A DNA stretch of 64,000 nucleotides from Candidatus Iainarchaeum sp. (GTDB taxonomy: Archaea; B1Sed10-29; WALL01): assembly GCA_023129115.1 (NCBI GenBank), contig JAGMCR010000015.1, forward strand, positions 6,983 to 70,982, given 5' to 3'. The number at the start of each line of letters is the position of its first letter. Position 1 is the stretch's first letter. The notes beneath the pieces were generated by a model, which did no database searches, had not been told where the DNA came from, and worked only from the letters and a program-made list of their open reading frames with translations. The position numbers were made by a program, and so were the translations under genes. Positions 29,257 through 38,700 of this stretch are shown here, one piece after another.

Positions 29257-30891
29257 TTACCCCGTGGCCGCGAACCGGTCCCCGGCTTTTCTTATCCTGC
29301 CTTTCTTTTCCAGTCTTTTCAGGGCGCTGCGTATCCTATAGCGGGGGAAGCCCACCAGCCCATCCAGCTCCCCCAAGGTTTTTGGCTCCCGGAGGGCGAG
29401 CACGAGCATGCCCTCGAGGCAGTGGGAAACCAGCTTTCTCTTCAGCGGGATTTTTATCCCAAGGCGCCCCTCGAGGACCTCCACTGTGTCGAGGACCAAG
29501 ACGGAAAACATTTTCCCGGTTTCCTCTTCCTGCCGCAACATTTCATCAAAGACGGCACCCCAGTCGAGCCTGACCTTCCTCACTATTGCCGCAGCATCCT
29601 CCAAGTCGCCCTCCCGCTCGGTAATGCTCTTGAACAGAAAAATGTGCTCCAGGGAAACCAACCCCACAGCCAATTTTCCATAATTAACTGTTCTTGAGTC
29701 TTCCTTCATATGCCCAGTTAGGACCATTGCCTTGCAGATGACCCTCGTGAATACATCGACCCGCGGGAAACCCTGTTTCTCGAAGATGGCGTTCGGGTGC
29801 ATTTTCTTGTACGCTAGGGAAAACTTTGTTGTTTTCCTGAACCCAAGCTTTTCCAGTGCCCTTGACAGGGCTTCAAACTCCGGTCCAGTGGCGACGACGA
29901 CGTCAATGTCCTTGGTGCTCGTCTTGAGGCCCCGGAGAATAAGGTTCTGCCCGCCAATGAGGTAGACCGCCAGCGGCTCCTCAAGAGCATTCCCGAGCTG
30001 TCCCAAGACTCCAGCGGTTTCTTCGCCCGAATAGTAGACAGGTATGCCGACATTGTAGAGCGCTGCCTTTTCCAGGAACTCGCCCCACGGCAAAAACTTT
30101 CCCCGGTCGTCGTGGTCCCGGATGTAGGACAGCATGTCCGCGAAGTCGGTTCCCCCTGCTTCGTCGTAGGCCTTGCGCAATTCAAAGCCGTTCTGGTTTT
30201 TCAGGAAGAACAGCGCGCAAAGCGAGCGCTCGGCCTTTGTTTCTGAACAGGCAAGTGCGTGGACCAGGACTTCTTCCATGCCGGGCTTTTTGTCGGAATA
30301 AAAGTCGTAAACGGCCGAGACGGGGATGCCGTGGCTCGGGAACATCGAGAACGCCGTCAAAAACCCCTTTGCCTCTTTTGCTTTGGGGACTTTTTTCAGC
30401 CTATTCCCGTCCGAGTGGACGAGCACGGCGTACTCCTCCAGCCCCTCTGCCGCTTTTTCCTCTTTGAGGATTGAGAAATATTTTTTGATGAGTGGCTCGT
30501 CGCTGAGGAAGTAGTCTTCTGCTTCTTTCCTCGCCGCGCCGACTTCCCCCAGTTCCTGTAACGCGTCGTAAACAGCAGTTTTTTTTAGTCCGGTCGCCTC
30601 CATTATTTCTCTGGCTGTCTTGGGCGAGAGCAATTGGAGTGCCACTTCTTCGTTTGGCTTGGAAAGCAGTTTTTCGAGCGAGTATTTTGCCATTAGTGCA
30701 AGCAATGCCCGGGTCTTCGCGGCCTCGGCCAGCCTGATTTTCTTGTTTTTTGTCACGAGTCCCTTCTTTTCTAGGCTGGACACGAGTTCTGAAACGTATG
30801 AGGTGCTCAGCCCCAGGGCCCTGCCCAGCTGGCTGACACTAGCCTCTTTTTCCGTTAGTGCCTTGAGCAGGTTTACCTCGGAACTCAACAT
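29257..30891 (-). CDS. Multi-HTH + nucleotidyltransferase (DUF6036/AbiE-like) fusion protein
   Basis: Two N-terminal wHTH, central LTAFSMF..HGI, YLIGG...STKDIDVV, C-terminal HTH. Confidence 0.8.
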   Translation of the reverse strand: MLSSEVNLLKALTEKEASVSQLGRALGLSTSYVSELVSSLEKKGLVTKNKKIRLAEAAKTRALLALMAKYSLEKLLSKPNEEVALQLLSPKTAREIMEATGLKKTAVYDALQELGEVGAARKEAEDYFLSDEPLIKKYFSILKEEKAAEGLEEYAVLVHSDGNRLKKVPKAKEAKGFLTAFSMFPSHGIPVSAVYDFYSDKKPGMEEVLVHALACSETKAERSLCALFFLKNQNGFELRKAYDEAGGTDFADMLSYIRDHDDRGKFLPWGEFLEKAALYNVGIPVYYSGEETAGVLGQLGNALEEPLAVYLIGGQNLILRGLKTSTKDIDVVVATGPEFEALSRALEKLGFRKTTKFSLAYKKMHPNAIFEKQGFPRVDVFTRVICKAMVLTGHMKEDSRTVNYGKLAVGLVSLEHIFLFKSITEREGDLEDAAAIVRKVRLDWGAVFDEMLRQEEETGKMFSVLVLDTVEVLEGRLGIKIPLKRKLVSHCLEGMLVLALREPKTLGELDGLVGFPRYRIRSALKRLEKKGRIRKAGDRFAATG

Positions 30892-31004
30892 GATTCCGTT
30901 ATTAGCGAAAACATATATAAACATTTCGCCCTAAACGGAATCTTTCGCACTGCCGAAACAATGGGCGGGAAAAAGCGTGTTTCGGCTGGAAAATATTCAG
31001 TATT

Positions 31005-31033
31005 TATATGTTTCGGAAAAACCGAAACATATA
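31005..31033. promoter_or_regulatory. Palindromic operator TATATGTTTCGG-AAAAA-CCGAAACATATA between divergent HTH/NTase genes
   Basis: Perfect 12-bp inverted repeat; further CGAAA/TTTCG half-sites at 30905-31060. Confidence 0.7.
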
Positions 31034-31060
31034 TAAACAAAGAGCCACTTAAACCGAAAC

Positions 31061-31609
31061 ATGCGGAAGCGCGTGCTCGTGTGCGTTTGGCTCATGGAGA
31101 ACAGGGAGACGACGCAGAAGGCGGCGGCCGAGGCACTGGGCGTGTCGCTCAGCACGGTGAACGCTACTGTGAAGGCGCTCGAGAGGATTGGGGCTGTGGA
31201 CGTGCGGCAGAGGGGCCTTCGCGTGGTTGACCCCGAAAAGGCGCTGATGTGGCTCGCGAACATGCGGGACGTGTACCGGGACGTGGTGTACAGCACGAGG
31301 GCGGTGGCGGCGGTGGGGGAGATTGAGAAGGGCATGCCGCCGGGCACGGAGTTCACTGCCTTCACTGCGTACAAGTTCAAGTACAACGACGTGCCGGCGG
31401 ATTACTCGGAGGTATACGTGTACGCGGACGAGGAGGCGTTGGGGGAGATAAAGAAGAGGTTCCCGCCGCGGAAGGGGCCCGCGAATTTGTTCGTGCTGGA
31501 GAAGGATGGGGAAGTGACGGACGCGCTGGTGTTCGCGGACCTGTGGAACCTGCGGGAGTGGTACGCAAAAGAGTTTGTGGGGGCGTTGCGTGACAGAATT
31601 CTGGAATGA
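31061..31609 (+). CDS. HTH-containing AbiEi-like antitoxin
   Basis: TTQKAAAEALGVSLSTVN; FTAFTAY...PADYSEVYVY; VFADLWN. Confidence 0.75.
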   Translation: MRKRVLVCVWLMENRETTQKAAAEALGVSLSTVNATVKALERIGAVDVRQRGLRVVDPEKALMWLANMRDVYRDVVYSTRAVAAVGEIEKGMPPGTEFTAFTAYKFKYNDVPADYSEVYVYADEEALGEIKKRFPPRKGPANLFVLEKDGEVTDALVFADLWNLREWYAKEFVGALRDRILE

Positions 31610-32204
31610 GCAATTGACTGCTGCGAGCTGGGAAAAGCTGCAGGAAATGGCGAAAAAGTATGACTTCGTGTTGATTGGGGGTTGGGCGGCGTTTTTGTGG
31701 ACCGGGATGCACAGGTCGAAGGACATTGATATCGTGGTCGGCTACAAGGCACTGGAGCGGCTTAGGCAGGACTACGCGCTCACGAAAAACGACCGCCTCA
31801 AGAAGTACGAGGCAAAGCTTGACAAGTTCGATATTGATATCTACGTGCCGTTTTACTCTGTGCTGTCGCTGCCGCTGGAGTCGCTGGAGTCGACGAGGAT
31901 TCAGGGGATAACCACGGTGACGGCCGAGGGATTATTGGTCTTGAAGCAGGGCGCGGAAATCGACAGGCGGGGGAGCGTGAAGGGGAGGAAGGACGCGATA
32001 GACATTGTGACGCTGCTTGTGCACGGCGGCGTGGACCTGGAGAAGTACGCGGGGCTGGTTGAAGAGCACGGGCTGGAGTACAAGAAAGAGCTGGAGCGCG
32101 TGGTCAAGGAGTTCGACGTCAAGGACCTCAAGTTCCTGGGCATGAACCTGAAGCAGTTCAGGGACTGGCAGAAAACGGTTTTGGGGCAACTCAAGCCGCT
32201 TTGA
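31590..32204 (+). CDS. Nucleotidyltransferase (AbiEii-like toxin)
   Basis: FVLIGGWA...SKDIDIVV; LLVLK; KGRKDAID. Confidence 0.8.
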   Translation: MTEFWNEQLTAASWEKLQEMAKKYDFVLIGGWAAFLWTGMHRSKDIDIVVGYKALERLRQDYALTKNDRLKKYEAKLDKFDIDIYVPFYSVLSLPLESLESTRIQGITTVTAEGLLVLKQGAEIDRRGSVKGRKDAIDIVTLLVHGGVDLEKYAGLVEEHGLEYKKELERVVKEFDVKDLKFLGMNLKQFRDWQKTVLGQLKPL

Positions 32205-32247
32205 GGGACAATGCTTTCGGTTGCCACTTTGTGGATAAGAAACGCTT

Positions 32248-34455
32248 TTATCCCTTTTTTCTTCTGTGGTAGCCGTCGCGCTTCCACGCCTTGAACACTT
32301 TTTCCCGGGTGCGTTGCTTCACGCCCATTGCCTCTGCCAGCACGCTTGCCGTGAACGGGTCAACGCCGTGTTCCGCATGAATCCTGAGCAGCGCGTCACG
32401 CTCTTGCTGCTCTGTCCGGCTCTGCGAAAGGGCGTCACTAATTGTCCGCAATACCCTCTGCGCTTCTGTCCTATCCTTCTTGCCAAACTTCTCCACTCCC
32501 TCAACCGCTTTTTCCCTGGCGGCGATTTCCGTGCTGGGGAAGTGGTCTTCCACGATGCACACCGGTTCGCACTTCGCTTTTAGTTGTGTGAATTGAACCA
32601 GTTCGCCCGGCGTGATAACCAGTTTGCCGAACGAGTCCCTGAACACCTTGTCGCCGATGAACTCGCCGACGTACTTCAGCATGGTCTTCTGGCTTTTTAT
32701 GCCGAGGTAGTCCATGTAGTGCTGCACAGTGTTTTTTTCGCGCGCCGGGTTTTGGCTTGGAATGGTCCGCGTGACATGGTCGTAAAACTTTTTCTTCCTC
32801 GCCTCCATGGAGCGCGGCGGCCTCCGCTCCGTGGTTTCGCGCCTGTCGCCCCACTTTCGTGTACTCGGAACCCCCAGTTTGAGCCTATGCCTGAGCATGC
32901 TAAAGTTTATTTTTTCAACGCTGTTCTGGAATCCCCAGCGCTTCCAGTTGTCGAGCATACTGGTCTTGGTTCGCTGGGGCAGGTCCAGTGCACTGGCGAG
33001 CACTGTCGCCATCAATGGCGTGACCCCGTGGTCGAGGTACACGTCATAAATCCTCTCCCTTTCTTCTTCCGCTGACCTGCTCTCCTGGACTGACCTCGCG
33101 ATGTGCTTGAGGACGTGCTTGGCTTTTCTGAGGCCGAAGGACTGCAACAGCTTGAAGCTATTGGCGAACCTCCTCTTCGGTATCTTGGCTTTTTTGCCCT
33201 TCCTGCCGCCGTAATAGGGGCAGTACTCCACAGTAAGAGAGTGGGGGTCGGTCATCATCCTCTTGGCGACTACCCCGATGTTGTTGCTGACTGTGGGCTC
33301 AAACAATTGGCTGTACTTGTCCCTGAAGTCCTTGTGCCTGAACAATTCCACGACATAGTCCTGGACAGTGTCCACCCAGTCCACCCCAAGCATTTGCCGG
33401 TAGTACTCGAGCACGTCGCCTCCTGCCGCCTCGTGTTCTTTGGCGTCTGTCTGCATGACGTGCTCGAACAGCATTTGCTTGCGCTTTTGCCTGGAATAGC
33501 TGGACTCGTGCTTGACCCTGGCCTTGATGATGAAAGCGTGGCCCTGATTTTTCTTGAGCTCCTTCAGGTCCCCGCGCAGCGTGTTTTTTTGGATGCCCAG
33601 TTTTTTGGCGAGGCGGGGGATTGTCGTCGGCCCTTCCTGCAGGGCCTCGATTATTCGCCTGTGCCGCATCTCCTGCTCCGGCTCTGTCAGTTCCCCGTGC
33701 TTTTCCCTGAATTTTTTGTCCTTGAGCAATTCATTTAGGTCGAGGTAGTACGGCCCGCCAGTGACCCCTGCTTCGGCGAGCTTGTTTTGCACGTGTTCTT
33801 TGAGGCCGTGGCCCATCCACTCCTCGGTCTCCATAATGATTTTGCGCATGAGCTTTTGCCGGGCGTATTTAGTGGTGTATTGTGACTTGTACAGCGCGAG
33901 CTTCTTGGGCTTGGCCCACAGGTTGTCGTCGTCGATTACTTCGCGTATCTGCCGTTCTGTCGCGCCTTGCGACAGCCCGAACTCTTCTGCCAATTCCTCT
34001 GCAGTAAACGCTTTTCCTGACCCGAACGATTCTTTTATTCGTGCCTCGCGCTCTTCTTTCGTCAGCTCGACTGCCGCGGCAAAGTCTTTTTTGAAGTCTT
34101 GTTCTTGTGCCAGTTCTGCTCTATAGACATCTATTCTTCGTGTGGTAAGGCCGAATTTTTTCTTGAGTTGTTTTTTGGTGGTGACCCATGACTTTCGCTT
34201 GCCCTTGGCCGCGGCTTTTTTCATGTACTTGCGCATCAAGTGCTTGGCCATGGTCTTCCTGAACCCGAGCGAGGGCTCCCACTGGATTTCCTCAAGCTTT
34301 TTCTGTACCACGGGGTCTTCCTTGAGCGCCTTGAAGTCCAGCTTTATCATGCCGTGGGTCACCCCAAACTCGCTGGCGAGCTCCCGGGGCGTGAAAAGCT
34401 CTTCCTTAAGCAGCTTCTTCTTTATCGATTTCCTGCGCTTCTTCTGGATATTCAC
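32248..34455 (-). CDS. Large protein with tandem HTH-like repeats and a duplicated C-terminal module
   Basis: TPRELASEFGV, TAEELAEEFGL, TIPRLAKKLGI; HGV.P..A.VLA.A..QRT....WKR occurs twice. Confidence 0.75.
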   Translation of the reverse strand: MNIQKKRRKSIKKKLLKEELFTPRELASEFGVTHGMIKLDFKALKEDPVVQKKLEEIQWEPSLGFRKTMAKHLMRKYMKKAAAKGKRKSWVTTKKQLKKKFGLTTRRIDVYRAELAQEQDFKKDFAAAVELTKEEREARIKESFGSGKAFTAEELAEEFGLSQGATERQIREVIDDDNLWAKPKKLALYKSQYTTKYARQKLMRKIIMETEEWMGHGLKEHVQNKLAEAGVTGGPYYLDLNELLKDKKFREKHGELTEPEQEMRHRRIIEALQEGPTTIPRLAKKLGIQKNTLRGDLKELKKNQGHAFIIKARVKHESSYSRQKRKQMLFEHVMQTDAKEHEAAGGDVLEYYRQMLGVDWVDTVQDYVVELFRHKDFRDKYSQLFEPTVSNNIGVVAKRMMTDPHSLTVEYCPYYGGRKGKKAKIPKRRFANSFKLLQSFGLRKAKHVLKHIARSVQESRSAEEERERIYDVYLDHGVTPLMATVLASALDLPQRTKTSMLDNWKRWGFQNSVEKINFSMLRHRLKLGVPSTRKWGDRRETTERRPPRSMEARKKKFYDHVTRTIPSQNPAREKNTVQHYMDYLGIKSQKTMLKYVGEFIGDKVFRDSFGKLVITPGELVQFTQLKAKCEPVCIVEDHFPSTEIAAREKAVEGVEKFGKKDRTEAQRVLRTISDALSQSRTEQQERDALLRIHAEHGVDPFTASVLAEAMGVKQRTREKVFKAWKRDGYHRRKKG

Positions 34456-34561
34456 ACTAGACAGTAAGAGTTTCTACTAGATAAAGGTTTTGGTCTAATA
34501 ACCCCTTTAAACTGGGTTTTTCGGGAAACCCTTTTATCTCTCCAGTGCATTAATTGTTGTT

Positions 34562-35947
34562 ATGGCCAGGAAAGCGGGGCCTTTGCCTAGACGCGTGATG
34601 GAGCTTTGGAACGCGAAGGCGCGGATTCCCGGGAAAATAAAGGATGTCGTTGTTTCTACTGCTGGAAAGCTTCGGACCAAAAAAGTAATTAAGCGGCTTA
34701 ACAAGAGCAAGAACCCGGAGCACCGGAAACTGGCCAAGTGGCTGAAGAAAAACAATTATCACGTGCTTGACGTGAACGAAGAGTTTTTTTCGAGTGGTTT
34801 CAAGGACTCGTTTCTGTTGTATGGTGAGTCTCACCGCAACGAAGAGATGGCGCGTGACCAGGCAGGCCTTGTGCGGAGCATGAAGATTCGGCGCGTTATG
34901 CGTGAGGGGTTTGGTCCCAAGGAGAACTACGATTTTTCGGAGAATCCATTCCCGGCGCCTTATACGCTGCGGGGGATTGTTGAGGGTGCGCCTGAAATGT
35001 TGCCGGAAGAGGATTTGAATCGCTTGAAGAAAGACTTCAAAAAGACGTTTAGTCGGGACGTGCTTCTCATGGATCGGTTCGAGAACACGTACGAGTCAAC
35101 TTTGGGCATGTTCCGAGAGGGAATGAGTCCCGGAGGGCCTCCACACCCACGGTTTCCGGGGCTGGAAAAAGAGGTGAGGGCGGAGTACAAAAAAGCTGGT
35201 TGGAAGCACACTGGTGACATTGCAATGGACTTTCTGAAGCGCCTGGAGAATGGAAAAGGCGGGAAAGTTTTGAAGTCTCTTTTCAAGAAGTATGTGCACG
35301 ATGGCAAGGGAGTAGAGTCGCATGTTCAGGAACACGTGCTTGGCTTGAACACGTTGCCTGGGTCTTTTGATGAGTTGATGGACACGCCGTTTTATGCGTG
35401 GCACCCGGCGATTTATGATGCTTTGAAGAAGGGGAAGTACGTGCCGTCGGTTTTGCTGTCGCGGGAGACTGGTTTTGGTGAGTTGGTTCCTACTCGTACG
35501 GTGACGGGCCTTAGTGCGTACTTGGATGGTGCGGAGAACCAGAACGAACGGCTTGATCACGCGATGCAGGACATGCGTGCAGCTAATTTGGGGGTTGAGG
35601 ATTTGGGGCTGCACAAAAAGTGTTTAATGGTGTTGGGTCGGCTTCAGGACGTGAGTGGTGAAAAGAAGAAAGAGAAAAAGTACCAGGCAAAATTGGATAA
35701 GGTCTTGGCAGATAGGGAGACAGCGTTTTTCAAGAATGCTATGATGCAGGTCAAGACGACTCCTCACTTGCCTGGCTTAAGCATAATACTTATGGGGGTT
35801 GAGCACGCAAAGAAGTCGTCGAACGTGAACAAACGGCTCAAAAGGCGTGGGGTGGGGTTCATTTCAATAAGGAAGCAAGTCCCACGAGAGCGGGGTGGAG
35901 ACTTTCTGTACCACCTGGTTGTCGCAAAGGAAATAATGAAGAAGTAA
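34562..35947 (+). CDS. Protein with EreA/ChaN/TIKI-like motifs and a large insertion
   Basis: LLYGESH, VMREG, DRE, ILMGVEH in the order typical of that superfamily. Confidence 0.6.
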   Translation: MARKAGPLPRRVMELWNAKARIPGKIKDVVVSTAGKLRTKKVIKRLNKSKNPEHRKLAKWLKKNNYHVLDVNEEFFSSGFKDSFLLYGESHRNEEMARDQAGLVRSMKIRRVMREGFGPKENYDFSENPFPAPYTLRGIVEGAPEMLPEEDLNRLKKDFKKTFSRDVLLMDRFENTYESTLGMFREGMSPGGPPHPRFPGLEKEVRAEYKKAGWKHTGDIAMDFLKRLENGKGGKVLKSLFKKYVHDGKGVESHVQEHVLGLNTLPGSFDELMDTPFYAWHPAIYDALKKGKYVPSVLLSRETGFGELVPTRTVTGLSAYLDGAENQNERLDHAMQDMRAANLGVEDLGLHKKCLMVLGRLQDVSGEKKKEKKYQAKLDKVLADRETAFFKNAMMQVKTTPHLPGLSIILMGVEHAKKSSNVNKRLKRRGVGFISIRKQVPRERGGDFLYHLVVAKEIMKK

Positions 35948-35981
35948 AAGCTTTTATCCCTCCATTTCCTATTCTTTGTTA

Positions 35982-37232
35982 ATGTCTATTGACACTCGCT
36001 TGGAAGCGCTTCTTGTTGGTGAGCTGCGGGGCGAGAACAAGAAGGTCCAGAAGCTGTGCATGGACTGGCTTAAGAAGGCCTCGAAAAAGCACAATATTTG
36101 GAACGGGCACGCCGAGGCAGTCATGATTCTTCTGGGGCACCCGCTCGTCAAGACTGATAAAGAAAACATGATGAAGGTCTTGTTGAGGGACACGGCTGAC
36201 GTGGACCTCAATTTCTTGTTGAACGTGGGCCCGGCGTTAGCGACGCAGATGAGGCCCCGGGACGTCCCACGGGCGCTGAAGATGGGCTCACAGCTCTACG
36301 CGAAGAGGGGCAGCCCTGAGCACGACCCTGATTTTTTGAGGGGGATTAGGGATATGGCTCGTTCAGAGGGCGGGCTGGTGAAGCTCGAGAACGCCAACAG
36401 GATTGGAAACCACATCATGAGCCTGGCACCCCAGCATGAGCCAAACATGATTCCTTATATCCAGAGCCTTGGCCAGGAAATGCCCGAGCAACTGGGATTT
36501 ATCGCGAGCCTGCAGCACGTGAAGACGCCTTCGTCGTACTTGTGGCAGCACAACCAGTTACTGAAGACGTTGTCGCGGTACGTGGTTGAGGGTAGGATTG
36601 GCGCGGGTGAAATGAAGAAGTTGGGCGGCCGGTTGATTGATTTGCCGCCGCCGATGGCGTTGACTGCGTTGGCGACGCGGGTGCTTCCTGCGGTGGAGAG
36701 TGGTAGTGACTTGAAGCCTGTGTTGCACGAGCTTGGGCTGAAGCGCGAGAAGAAGCGGCTTGCTGAGGAAACGGTTGCGGAGAACGAGAGGTTCGAGGAG
36801 GCGATGCGCAGCATTTGGCGGGGGAAGCAGGTGAAGCGCGAGGAGTTCGTGAAGGCAGTGAACCACGTTATTGACCATTGCGTTAAGGAATTGAAAATCA
36901 TTAACGCGGAGTTCAGTGGCTTGAATTTTGTGTTGGCTCCTGTGGCTGCTCACGAGGCGGATGTTCGTGCGGGCCAGATTTACTCTATTTTGTATGGTTG
37001 TGACTTGCGTGGGTTGCTTGAGAAAGAGGACGTAAAAAAATTCACTAAGCGGATTTTGCGTGAGGTGCATCCGGGTGGCAAGCACGAGGGGTTGAAGCCC
37101 GTGTACAAAAAGTGGTTTCCGATGCTCAGCTACCGGCTTGAGGAAGGCGTGCGTGCTGACAGGGAAGTGTACTTAATCCCGAAGCACCCCGAGTCAATCA
37201 AGCGCAAAAAAACAAAGCGATTAAAGAAATAA
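35982..37232 (+). CDS. Hypothetical helical protein with basic C-terminus
   Basis: Long ORF after a CTTTTATCCCTCCA promoter copy. Confidence 0.7.
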   Translation: MSIDTRLEALLVGELRGENKKVQKLCMDWLKKASKKHNIWNGHAEAVMILLGHPLVKTDKENMMKVLLRDTADVDLNFLLNVGPALATQMRPRDVPRALKMGSQLYAKRGSPEHDPDFLRGIRDMARSEGGLVKLENANRIGNHIMSLAPQHEPNMIPYIQSLGQEMPEQLGFIASLQHVKTPSSYLWQHNQLLKTLSRYVVEGRIGAGEMKKLGGRLIDLPPPMALTALATRVLPAVESGSDLKPVLHELGLKREKKRLAEETVAENERFEEAMRSIWRGKQVKREEFVKAVNHVIDHCVKELKIINAEFSGLNFVLAPVAAHEADVRAGQIYSILYGCDLRGLLEKEDVKKFTKRILREVHPGGKHEGLKPVYKKWFPMLSYRLEEGVRADREVYLIPKHPESIKRKKTKRLKK

Positions 37233-37285
37233 TGCCCACTTGGTCCCACAGCAGAATCAGCATTTACGAGTCCTGCCCCCTCAAC
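37232..37285 (+). pseudogene. Relic of the 5' end of the RecB-like nuclease gene
   Basis: MPTWSHSRISIYESCPLN vs MPTWSHSRISTYENCPLK. Confidence 0.9.
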
Positions 37286-37287
37286 TT

Positions 37288-37390
37288 CAGCTGAAACTCA
37301 GCCCAGACGAGAATGCCCCGGCGTTTTCCTTTGGGAAATTCGCCAGGTACCCCGGCAATCCGTTGGGATTCGCCAGGTGGCTCGTTAGAC
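37288..37390 (+). repeat. Hairpin repeat family copy 4, compound form
   Basis: CAGCTGAAACTCAGCCCAGACGAGAAT, 2x CCCCGGC..TTGGGA..TTCGCCAGGT, GGCTCGTT; matches 26447-26562. Confidence 0.85.
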
Positions 37391-37523
37391 GAGGGCGGCA
37401 CAAGTTTATGGGTAGATTGTGGCAGTATTGAGACACATTTGGGTTAAGCGAGAAAACAAATGTCATTCTGGATGAGCTCTAAACGGAATTGAAAGCTTAA
37501 ATATTAGAAAGATTAAGATTTAT

Positions 37524-37614
37524 GCAGAGCTGGAGTCTTTGTGGAATCCCCTGGTGGGTAACCTAAAAGGCGTCGAAGGCTTACCACCCACCCGTTGAGG
37601 GTGGGGCCATTTTT
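37524..37614 (+). ncRNA. Candidate DUF3800-associated structured RNA (copy B, K-turn-like)
   Basis: GAAAGCTTAAATA promoter; GAGCU-GGA-GUCU / AGGC-GUC-GAA-GGCUU; 3' hairpin CCCACCC/GGGUGGG + U run. Confidence 0.65.
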
Positions 37615-37633
37615 ATTGCCATTAGCCCTAACT

Positions 37634-38113
37634 TTATATCGTGTGTTCTTCAACAAAGGAGCAAGCACTCTTTTGGCGGGTATACATGCCCAGCATGACA
37701 TCACTAAGCTGGACTGCCCTAGAATAAGAATCAACCTCATGCCCATACACGCTAAGGGTTTGGTCCAACTTATTCTTAATCGTAATCTGGATTTCATTTG
37801 ATTTGTGGCGGATTGGGACTGTTTTTCCTGTTATCTCTATAGCCAGTTCTTTCAACAATCGTTCCAGGAAACAATACGTGCTATCTTTCACTTTTTTAAC
37901 TGCATAGTCCCCCCGGTGAACATCTATGCTGATAGCCCCATGACGCTCTTCAAAGAGGGGAATCAAAATTTTGCCCATCTCGTGAGGCACAGTCTTCAAA
38001 TAGTAATATTTTGCAGGCGTGTCCGGGGGTTTGACGTGATAAAACACAAAACATCTAACGGGAGACGCATCAAAAATGGGGGGAGCATCCTTGAGGATTA
38101 CTTGCTTCGCTTG
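37634..38113 (-). pseudogene. 5'-truncated DUF3800-like gene
   Basis: YYYLKTVP..ERHGAISI..FLERLL..AVQLSDVMLGMY aligns with 40290-40976; N-terminal DxS strand missing. Confidence 0.75.
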
Positions 38114-38115
38114 AC

Positions 38116-38254
38116 TTGGCCCGGGGGCCGTGGAAGGCTGTTGGATGGGTTTGTGAGGGACTCTCAATCCTCTTCCATTATTCTCGCCGATTTAATTTTG
38201 GGGATGAACAAAGATTACGGGAAGATGGATGGGGTGATAACAAAAAGCATTTAA
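38116..38254 (+). pseudogene. C-terminal relic of another DUF3800-like gene
   Basis: GRLLDGFVRDSQSSSIILADLILGM matches IKLSGSIGSQSSPEVQAADIMLGM. Confidence 0.65.
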
Positions 38255-38261
38255 GGGCGAT

Positions 38262-38358
38262 GGATGCGGGGAATTATGGCCCCCCGCAGGCCACAAACCT
38301 TCGACGGTTCAGTGGGTGAAGCCCTCTGGGGCAATCCCATGAACCTCCAGTTCCGCTG
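38262..38358 (-). ncRNA. Candidate DUF3800-associated structured RNA (copy C, K-turn-like)
   Basis: TATAAATA upstream on the minus strand; GCGGAACU-GGA-GGUU / AACC-GUC-GAA-GGUUUGU; 3' hairpin UGCGGGG/CCCCGCA. Confidence 0.65.
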
Positions 38359-38490
38359 TTTACTTTCGAAACCCTATTTATATGCCTAACCGTTAGGTTT
38401 AAAAAGGGGTCGTGGGGGCAAAACCAGGAAGAGGTGGCCACGCCGCTGCTTTTTGCGGTCACCCAAGAACCACAAAATCTAGCGAAAGGC

Positions 38491-38700
38491 TTAATCCAAA
38501 ATATTCTTGATGTCACTCAAACTGTTTTCCAAATCAGTGATATTCTGGGTTATGTCCTGTTCTACATCGGCAACATCTGGTTCGATTGTTGGCTCAGGTG
38601 TCGGGGTTGGCGTTGAGGCCTCTTCTGTGCCACTTATACATCCCATCATAAAAACCATGCAAATAATGGTTGAAACAGCAAATAATTTCCGCATATTCAT
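38491..38700 (-). CDS. Small putative lipoprotein
   Basis: MMGC lipobox-like motif, TPTP linker. Confidence 0.65.
   Translation of the reverse strand: MNMRKLFAVSTIICMVFMMGCISGTEEASTPTPTPEPTIEPDVADVEQDITQNITDLENSLSDIKNILD

Noticed and set aside
38384-38398. GCCTAAC-C-GTTAGGT as attC core sites
   Set aside because: Only a 1-bp spacer; more likely a short palindrome between divergent promoters.
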